DNA of 64,000 nucleotides from Spizellomyces punctatus DAOM BR117 (taxonomy: Eukaryota), in the NCBI GenBank assembly GCA_000182565.2, contig KQ257468.1; one strand, 5' to 3'. Made by a program: the position numbers and the translations under genes. The notes beneath the pieces are model-generated. The model worked only from the letters and a program-made list of their open reading frames with translations, did not search any database and had not been told where the DNA came from. Positions 15,301 through 26,183 of this stretch are shown piece by piece. Positions within the stretch are counted from its first letter, which is position 1, and each line of letters starts with the position of its first letter.

Positions 15301-15796
15301 GATCCGCTAATGCTGGAGGATATGGTCGCCCACGATCTTCCTTCCCCAGATCAACCACAAGTGATTGCGACCGTGGAAGAGAGTCGCCGCACCGAGGCAA
15401 CTTCACTGCACCATTTCCAGCAAGATGGCGTCGTTGCGGTAGACATGGAGATTACGGAGGCACTTGCACAGACTGGTTGTGAGAGAGAATATGTCCCGCA
15501 GGGTGGGAACTTAATTTTTCACTTGGGAGGCGTATGTTTTCCGCTGACATGTTTGTGCTCAGGGGAAGAACGAAATGCGTATGCGATTCACGTGCTGCGC
15601 CGCGTCAAAGCAAAGTTGAGCGGACGCGATGCTATCGATCAGGGCAAGATGACAGTACCGGAACAGGTGAGCAGCGGTGAATATGTTTGCATGGCTGAGC
15701 TGTCTGACCTCCTTTCAGGTGGACATGATAGTAGGAGAAGCGACCAATATGGATAACCTGGCCGTTATGTACGAAGGTTGGATGTCGTGGTTCTAA
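3356..15796 (+). CDS. SMG1: SMG1, PIKK-family Ser/Thr kinase of nonsense-mediated decay; multi-exon
   Basis: Kinase exon has LPTKTKPKKL, YLFKGLEDLHLDERIQQ, GLGDRHLDN, IHIDYNVCFE and LRVPETVPFRLT. FRB-like TVLWEEMW precedes it. A long insertion separates the kinase from the FATC end ERNAYAIHVLRRVKAKLSG...NLAVMYEGWMSWF-stop (15796). The start at 3356 (MNYTRSGGRGRG, then intron 3417-3472) is less certain. Confidence 0.92.
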
Positions 15797-16855
15797 TCTT
15801 GCCACAACATCGTCACAACTGATCGCATGCGCCGTGCAAGTAATCTAAGATACTGGTCCAGCAAGTGGGGCTCATGCCTATTGCTGGTTGCCGAAAACCA
15901 GTATTTGGATTTCCGAGTCTCGACGAAGCTCATCCTGCACTGCAGCGCTCCCCGGGACACCGGGTTGGGATCTGGCAAACTTTCCGACCAATTCATGTGT
16001 AACTTGAAGCCGTTTTGCGTAATTGCTTCGTGCGTCAGACAGATCAATGTCGTAAATATACCTTTGGTGTCACTTCACCTGTCGATACTTTTGATATTTT
16101 TGAATGGCTCGGGGATAAATCTGGTAGTCCAGCAGCGCGCCAACGGACCCAGACCTGGCTATGACCTTGGTAAATGACAGATGAATACACGTGAAAATCG
16201 CGAGACTAAGCCATGGAGGGCGAAACGTGGGAATGGACTGATCAACATTGTTGGTATTTAGAAAACCGTTACACCAACTTCATTCTGGACTCATACTTTT
16301 ATTGCTCAACTGCGAACATGATGAATTGGCGCATTAGCAGTGTTGGGTGAAGACCACATTGACCTGTTCCGCTCTACGTAGCCCGCAGAAATTAGCGCCA
16401 GGTATGTAGGGGCTGTACCGAAGATTCGTGTGTTCGTTTCAAGGTGTGCTTTTTGTTGTATCTACCGGGGGTGCCAGGTCCGTGTTCCAGGTGTTCTCAA
16501 TCTAGTGCTATGGAACCGGGGGAATTGCCCCACTTTTATTAATGATCCAGGAATGATCAAGATTCTGCTATGGGTAGAATGCATATCTGTCTATAGACTT
16601 GAACCCTTCACTAAATGCATCTGGGGATTAACTATGAAAGAATGAACATGAGCACACGCACGATCATGCAACCAGAATATCACTTTTATGGAGACTCACG
16701 CTGCTCCTTAAAGTCTTATCCGCACGGGTTGTAGCCAACAAAAAAACACGCGCGCCTTAAAAGCAACCGCGACCCGCCACCGGCCTTTCACTCGACATTA
16801 CCTGAATCCCAAACAGAACTTCTACTTACTTACAAAACCGTGCGCATTCAACGTG

Positions 16856-17667
16856 ATGGTTCGCTTAACACTCATAGCCGCTGCCGTGACTGCTGCACTG
16901 GCAGTTCTTAGCCCTGTCGCGGGAAGCGCGGATGGAAAAGACGCTGCGGAAGTTCCTCACAAGTGCCCCATCAGCGAAAAGGTACCAGCACCATTATTTG
17001 CAAAGTCAACCTTAAGGGCTGTCATTCTAATCATCTTGTAAATTCATTCATAGTGCCCTTATTATGAGGTAACTGGTTGGAATACACCGTGTACTATTCA
17101 GCAAACCGCTGATCTCGTCCTGACATCTGCGCAATGTAGCACGCAAAAGATACTGGAATGATAAAGTCAAGCGACGACAAGACAGCAACGAAAGGCTGTC
17201 CCTTGAAAGAAAAGGGCTGTCCGTACTATGAAAAGCACAAGGGTGACCACAATCTCGTCGACGCCCTTGTAACCGAGAATGACGATTGTCCTCTGGCTTC
17301 AAAGTGCAAATTCTACCAGGTGTGTATTTTGACTGTCCAAGGTCTCATGATGAACTACTGATAAGGTCTGTAGGATGTGAAAGACGGAACTGCCTCTGCC
17401 GTGAACTTCAACAAATCCGACTGTCCCCTTGCGCACAAGTGCCCCTACTATGATGAACTGAAGAAGAATGGCTCGACCACAGCAACCGATTGCCCAGTCC
17501 TTCACGCTTGTCCTCACTTTAGCAAAAAGGATTTGGAAACACAGCCGCACGTAGGGGGTCATCCCCATGGTCACGCGCATAAAGGTCATGAATGTCCGTT
17601 CATCGCAAAGAAGAAGGCGGAAGAGGCCCTGGAAGCAGAGAAGGTGCATGTCAAGGACGAATTGTGA
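16856..17667 (+). CDS. Uncharacterised 204-aa secretory-pathway protein: signal peptide, five CPx4-5C(P/K)(Y/H/F)(Y/F) repeats, His-rich segment, C-terminal KDEL
   Basis: Exons 16856-16981, 17054-17068 (15-nt microexon, CPYYE), 17140-17319 and 17374-17667 join in frame through GT-AG introns. N-terminus is hydrophobic (MVRLTLIAAAVTAALAVLSPVAG) and the protein ends KDEL-stop. Confidence 0.82.
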
Positions 17668-17754
17668 GCTTACGCAAGGGATCGTACTTTTCAGCTGAAG
17701 TAACCTGTATAACATGTATTACGTCCAAACGTTGTGACCTGAGAAAATAAATGT

Positions 17755-18971
<1,217 letters not shown>

Positions 18972-19059
18972 GGTAAGTGAAACTGAGATGCGACGAAAGA
19001 TTTTAGGTTTGCAAACGCTGAAGGATCTGCTGGTGTTCACCACCCGACCCCGAACGTGT

Positions 19060-19067
19060 TCACGTGA
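19060..19067. promoter_or_regulatory. Palindromic E-box TCACGTGA (Cbf1/USF-type bHLH site) in the BNA6/CBS divergent promoter
   Basis: Exact 8-mer lies in the 227-nt gap between the two start codons. Function is inferred. Confidence 0.4.
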
Positions 19068-19198
19068 GCTCCAGGATGTGGCACAGTCGACATGACGCTG
19101 ATGCCAGCTCACCAATGTTGGCTCAGCCAGGTTCACCCTTCACATCTGGCTGGATTGAATCAAGTTTGGACGCGAACCACAACTTGAAATCCAACAGA

Positions 19199-20542
19199 AT
19201 GACGAGCGTCGAGCAGCAAATTGCCGCGAATGGGACATTGTATGCTCTCTTGGACTCGCTCACCTGTGGAGAGGTGATCAAAGATCAAGATCCAGCCGCG
19301 AATAAGCTTGGGGCGCGACCTCAACATCCTCTATGCCTTGATAGCGAACTGTCTGTGAGCGAAGGTGTATAGCACTTTCCTTAACTGGCACAATCATGGC
19401 AGGAAACCGTGGCTGATGCGCTGTATTATATCTAGGATGCGAAGCACTTGCTGCCAATAGAATAACTTCCGCACCAGTGTACGACGCTAACAAGGGCGGC
19501 TTTATTGGAATGCTGGACTACCGGGACCTTGTTGCCTTCGTTCTGTCTGTCCTACATAAGGTGCCAAAAGACCCAAGCCCCGTAGATGTCAGCATGGTAG
19601 GGTGATGGTACACTGCGACGAAAATACGTAGATAATTCCTACATTTTGGACTTCCCATGGTGCAGGACGTCACGGATATCGTAAAGCGCGCTCTAGTAAA
19701 CAAAAGCGAAGTCCCAATCAAACTTGTCAGCAATTTGTCTCACTCGAATCCTCTTATTCCTGTGCAAGCCTCTGCATCCATCCGCGTGGCTGTAGAGGAA
19801 TTTGTGCGAAATCATGTTCATCGCGTTGTTGTGCTGCAACCGGAAAACGACACTGCCCACTTTGCTGGGATTCTCTCTCAGTCTGCTGTGGCTGCTTTGG
19901 TTGCGTCGCGCGTGGGAAAATTGGCCGGTGCTGCTGATCCGACCGCCAAATCAATGTGGGCGACAGGAAATAAGACATTACAAGAACTGGGTCTAGTCGG
20001 GAAGGACATCATATCAGTGATTCCGGATGACACAGTGAGTATTTTATGGCGTAAATTCACCGGAATATGGACAATCGTTGATGTCATTCTCCCAGGTCTT
20101 AGAAGGGCTGTATATGATGCACGAACACAAGATATCGTCTGTAGCAATCGTCGAGCGCACAGAGCAGGGAGATAACGTATGGGAGACGCGAATAATCCTT
20201 GCGCTACTAAATGGCATTTGTACTAACCATTCGACTATCAAAAAGCAGCTGGTGGGATCCATAAGCATGACAGATATCAAGGCTATACTTGCTGATCGGA
20301 AAGGTTGGAGGCGTCTTTACGAACGAGCGTTTGACTTCTTCACAAGCATGCGCTTTGAGCAAGGGCTCGAGGCGGGCGGAGATGACCGCATACCCACATT
20401 TACAGTCCATCCTGAAACCACTCTCATTGCGACAATCGAAAAGATGGCAGCTACCCGCGGACATCGTGTCTGGGTAGTGGAGGGAAGTCGCGCAGTGGGT
20501 GTTGTTAGTCTATCGGATATTATGCCACTTCTGCTAAAATGA
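19199..20542 (+). CDS. CBS-domain protein (Sds23 / AMPK-gamma-like); multi-exon
   Basis: Repeated CBS motifs: ITSAPVYD...FIGMLDYRDL, VHRVVV...AGILSQSAV, ISSVAIV...VGSISMTDI and HRVWVV...VGVVSLSDI. Confidence 0.85.
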
Positions 20543-21374
20543 TCGATGCAAAGAGAGAAAAGGAGTTTATGAACGGTCCCGATTTCTTGATTCTGTACAA
20601 TATATACGCTCTATCCCTCCCCTTCGTTAATCAAGCTCATAAAGTATGCTTCTCTCTGTGAAAGGTTTCTTATCAGCATCGGACCGACGGAAAGATTTTT
20701 TTAGACAAGACAACTCACTGGACAATAACTTTCCTATCGTATCGCGACACTCGGACCTAAAACTTGATAAATGTCATAGCCGACGTGAATGCCAACCACC
20801 GTCAATTTTACCTCAGCAGGAGTTTTTAATCGAGGAATCACTTCTGCTGGGTATTTCGAATACAAGCTCTGACTTCCATTAGAATATCCATAGGGATTTG
20901 TTGGCAGTTGTGCCGGCTATATGAGAAAGATTAGTAGGCGCCTTGCTCCAGTACATAAAGTACCAACCTGGCTGACCCGGCGCTTATAGATAGCCTGGAG
21001 TTGAGGACCTATTGCTGTTGCGTCTGCCCTAGTACTGTCTACCCGAACCAAAGTTTGTTATAGGTATTTACAATTTGCAGCGTCAGCTACTCTGCATACT
21101 TGTCCGGCTGGGGGGAGTCGCGTAAGGGAAAGGTACGTTAACCACGAGGCTCGGCAACGGGTCATCGGGCCGGGGGGCAAAGACCTCAGCTGCTGTGGGT
21201 GCACGCTCTGTACAAGCTAGAATATCATACGGTCCGGCGTTGCTGGAAGTCATTGCTTGTTATCCCAAGGAAGTTTGACTGGGATTGGATCTGCCATGCT
21301 TTGCGCTGTGTGGCGTAGCCATGTTCCATATTGTCATCAGTGACACTTTCGAGTTCGATTAGCGGATATCGGCA

Positions 21375-23193
21375 ATGTCCTTTCCTCGGCGTGTGGTGGT
21401 AACGGGTCTTGGGTTAGTGACGCCTTTAGGAACAGGGGTGAACCATGTGTGGTCTGGATTACTTGCAGGAAGGTCAGGAATCACTTCTCTTAAGGGAGTC
21501 AAGCATCAAGGTACCGGTCGGGGATACGAGGACATACCATCGCAAGTTGCTGCCCTTGTCCCGCGAGGCAATAAAGAGGGCGAGTTCGATGTGGACAAGT
21601 GGGTGAAGAAAGGGGTAGGTCTGCGAACCTTATTGGAGGCATTGTCAGAAAGACTCTGACAATCGAGACATCGGACTCACCGAACAACCTCGCGTGATAT
21701 CTTATGTGAAAATTCCGTACTGACTACCCGTTTCATGTATCGATATGTGCATTCATAGGATGTGCGAAATATGGCGCCTTTTATGCATTACGCGTTGTCA
21801 GCGGCGCAACAAGCTATAACTGACTCTGGTTGGCTTCCTACAACTGAACTGGAGAAGCAGCGCACGGTATGTTTTTTGCTCGATTTTGCTTGCAGATGTA
21901 ATACTGACTGTGGGAAGGTGATTCCAGGGCGTCTGTTTTGGGTCGGGTATTGGCTGTTTGGACGAGATGGAATCTACGGCAATATCTTTCGCTGAAAATG
22001 TAATTGTGGATCAAACTCCATTGAATCCACAAATATTGAACTGAGATACGAATAGGGAATGAGAAGAATTTCTCCTTATTTTGTGCCAAAGATCCTCATC
22101 AATTTGGCAGCGGGGCATATTAGTATGCGTTATGGCCTTCAGGTTGCAGCGTTCATTGGACTGTCGTTAGATTCATCGACTGAGCTTTGATTTGCTGTTG
22201 AAAAGGGTCCTAACCACGCCGCATCAACAGCTTGTACCACCGGGGCCCATTCAATCGGAGATGCCATGCGATTTATCCAATTCGGGGATGCGGATGTGAT
22301 GGTAGCTGGTGGTTCGGAGGCCAGTGTGTCGCCTTTGGCGATGGCAGGGTTTGCAAAGTAAGGGGTGTTCTGACTCTCAGCCTGCATGCCGGTGGTCTCA
22401 GTGCATCTGACCTCTACTAGAGCGCGGGCGTTATGCACAAAATTCAACGATGATCCGGAGGCCTCATCGCGGCCGTTTGATCGAGATCGCGACGGATTCG
22501 TCATAGGGGAAGGTGCTGGATGCATGGTGCTAGAGGAATATGAACATGCTAAAGCCAGGGGCGCCCGAATATATGCTGAACTCCGCGGATATGGGTTGTC
22601 CAGTGACGCACATCATATAACTGCACCTCCCGATGACGGCCGAGGGGCTGCCAGATCAATGCAGCGCGCGCTTGAGATTGGCGGTCTGACAGTGGAGGAA
22701 ATTGATTATATCAATGCACATGCCACAAGTACTGGATTAGGTACCATCCCTGTCAGATTGTGACTGCAGCATGATTGCATTCTGAGAACCCTACTGTAGG
22801 TGATTTATCGGAAACTCGAGCGATAAAAACGGTCTTTGGTGACTGCTCGCATAAAGTGGCTGTCTCCTCTACAAAAGGTGCGATTGGACATCTCCTTGGA
22901 GCTGCCGGCGCTGTGGAGGCGATTTTCACCGTTTTGGCAATCGTTAATGTAAGTTCGATTTATGTACGACTATGGGCTATGGCACATCACTGATCCTGTC
23001 TACCTAGGATGCACTACCACCGACGCTAAACCTTCACAACCCATATCCACGCGAAGATTTCTCTTTGGATTATGTTCCACTCGTAGCAAGAGACATGAAG
23101 GGGACCAACGGCGGGAAGGGAGTATTCGCAGCTCTTACAAATAGCTTTGGATTTGGAGGAACAAACGCAAGTCTACTGTTTGCGAAGGTGTGA
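21375..23193 (+). CDS. CEM1: Mitochondrial beta-ketoacyl-ACP synthase (OXSM/FabF-type); multi-exon
   Basis: [15 protein letters not shown], catalytic [51 protein letters not shown] and [13 protein letters not shown]. Confidence 0.94.
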
Positions 23194-23667
23194 GGCTATT
23201 TAATGAAGGCCGTCCTATGTGTAGGCAGGACCCTATTCTGGGCTTATAGCACTCGAATGATATTCAATGGATTATCTCACTTCGCCTTGATACCCATGAG
23301 AATGATTATTATGCTGTATGATGTGTTCCTTGTAACTTACCAGGCGGCGGAAAATATCATTAGAAAACATACACTCCCCCGTCAGCACCCCAACCGAGTC
23401 TAACCAGCTACTATATTAGTCAATGCCGCCCATACTTCTGTGCAATACCTTCTCACCATCCCATGTGCTACACTCTTTGAGCCTATCCGTAGCTCTTAAA
23501 AAGACGGCCTTTCATTCTTGAAAATTGATGGATACCCTCACTGGGGACATTATCTTTGCATACCGTAGCCGCATTAGCTCTGTCCTTCATCGCGTGACTA
23601 AGCCCAGATTTAGCCGAACGAACCCACTACCCTCATTTCGTCACACCAATGAGTTACTTCATTGACC

Positions 23668-25840
23668 ATGTTACTTCCGTATCATCGTGTAAGCTTTGGC
23701 CGGACGGTCCAGCGGGGCCACAGTCACATTTCACTTCGAACAATATCTGGATTGCAGAGAGTAGGTACCGACACGAGTTGCTGCAAAAATCAGCAGCGTT
23801 GACATTCCTTGGTGTGCTCTTCTAGGCAGATCTCTTCCGCGATTCTGCATACATTGGAGGGAAATGGACAGTTGCTGAGAGTGGCGCCAAGCACAATGTT
23901 GTCGGTAATGTCGTCAGTGATATTTTTACGGTGTCCAGTATGGCCAACCACTGGTCTCTTTGTAGATCCTGCCAATCTAGAGATTGTCGCAGCGGTACCT
24001 AACATGTCCTCCAACGATGCTAACGTTGCTATCAAACATGCACAGAAGGCACAAGCCGAATGGAAGAGAACAACGGCTAGGGTGAGCGATGTCTAGTTTG
24101 TAAATATAAGGATCATGTTGATTGACCTGTGGAACTAGCAACGGGCAAACATTCTACGAAGATGGTTCGATCTCTTGCACGCAAATCGAGACGATCTGGG
24201 TAACCGATCAATACCATATCATAACTATGAGAGGCGGATGTTCATTAACAAATTATTTTGCAGCAACAATCATGACAACTGAGTGCGGAAAGCCTCTCGC
24301 AGAGGTACTTGTGAGGATATATACTCGTCCTTTATCAAACATTCTTATATGCACCACATCAACAGGCGCGAGGAGAAGTTGCATATGGCGCATCCTTTAT
24401 TCAATGGTTTGCCGAAGAAGCACCAAGGTAGGGTCATTGAGCATTGCTTATATTGAATGCGAATTGATAAGGGAAACGGCATTTTAGGGCATACGGCGAT
24501 ATAATACCCCAGCACGCAGTTGGACGGCGGCTGTTGGCCATTAAACAGCCTATCGGAGTTGTCGGGGCCATTACACCCTGGAATTTTCCAATAGCAATGG
24601 TTACTCGGAAAGTTGCTCCGGCTCTAGCGGCCGGTTGCAGTATCGTCTTGAAGCCGGCCCCGGAGACACCTCTATCTGCACTTGCCCTTGCTCGTCTTGC
24701 TGAAGAAGCAGGTGTGCCACCTGGCGTTTTTAACGTCGTTACAGCGTCGAAAGAGAACACCCCCGAGATTGGAAAGGAGTTAACTACCAATTCGATAGTG
24801 AGAAAGATCACTTTTACTGGTTCGGTACGGTTGCGCCCGTGATTCATTTTCACGGAGTAAATGTACGAATATGTCGCTTGTTTATAGACCCAGGTCGGAA
24901 AAATTCTCGCCGCCCAAGCGGCAAGTACTGTGAAACGAGTGTCCTTGGAACTCGGTGGGAATGCCGCCTTTATTGTTTTTGGTAAGTGCTTCCTCTACTC
25001 ATAGGAATGCGGCGACCAATTAGTTTTTGACTGCCAACTATAGATGACGCCGACCTAGATGCTGCGGTAGAAGGGTGCATTGCATCAAAGTATCGTAATA
25101 CAGGGCAAACATGCGTCTCAGCCAACAGGATATACGTTCAAGCTGGTATATACGATGAATTTGCTGAAAGGCTAGCGAAGCGTATCAGACGTATGAATGT
25201 CGGTCATGGCCTTCAGGCCGGGGTTGACGTTGGGCCGCTGATCAGCAAAGAAGGCTGGGAGAAAGTGTCACGTCATGTGAGCGATGCGTTAAGTAAAGGA
25301 GCTGTCGCAATAGCCGGCGGGAAGCCACACGCTCTAGGAAATCACTTCTATGAGCCCACAGTATTGACCGGGTTGCAGAAGAACATGGCTCTGATACACG
25401 AAGAGACGTTTGGTCCTGTTGCAGGTCTGTACAAGTTTGAAACGGAGGCAGAAGGTACGTGTCCAAAGAAAGCAAAGTCCACCATTACCGCGAGCAGACT
25501 TAAATAACCAATGACCAACGCAGTCGTCGAGTTGGCGAATGACACACCATTCGGACTTGCCGGGTACTTTTTCTCCCGTGATGTTGGTCGTATCTTCCGT
25601 GTGGCTGAATCTTTGGAAGTGGGAATGGTTGGCGTGAATGAAGGTCTGTCTGTAACGATTTGAGCATGGGGTGTCTGCGTCAATTAACTGTGTCGGGGCT
25701 TTCCTGTAGGTATGATATCAACGGAATGTGCACCGTTTGGAGGGGTGAAAGAATCTGGAATGGGTCGTGAAGGCTCTAAATACGGGCTGGAGGACTATCT
25801 TGAAATCAAGTATATTTGTATGGGTGGTATACAAGAGTAA
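23668..25840 (+). CDS. UGA2: Succinate-semialdehyde dehydrogenase (ALDH5) with mitochondrial presequence; multi-exon
   Basis: Arg/Ser-rich N-terminus [16 protein letters not shown], then [46 protein letters not shown] and [22 protein letters not shown]. Confidence 0.92.
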
Positions 25841-25917
25841 TATTCAGTGTACTGGAGCTAGCCGACTACATTGTTGAATATTAGTCGGCTTTTGTTTGTA
25901 ATGATTGGAATGAATGA

Positions 25918-26110
25918 ATGGATGGATGGATGGATGGATGGATGGATGGATGGATGGATGGATGGATGGATGGATGGATGGATGGATGGATGGATGGATG
26001 GATGGATGGATGGATGGATGGATGGATGGATGGATGGATGGATGGATGGATGGATGGATGGATGGATGGATGGATGGATGGATGGATGGATGGATGGATG
26101 GATGGATGGA
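25918..26110. repeat. Perfect (GGAT/ATGG)n tetranucleotide microsatellite, about 48 units
   Basis: Directly visible tandem repeat, preceded by degenerate GAAT units. Confidence 0.99.
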
Positions 26111-26183
26111 GTGTGTATTCAACCACTGCGTCATGGTCTTCGCAATGACATTGCAGCACACAGTACCATCCACGTAAGACTTC

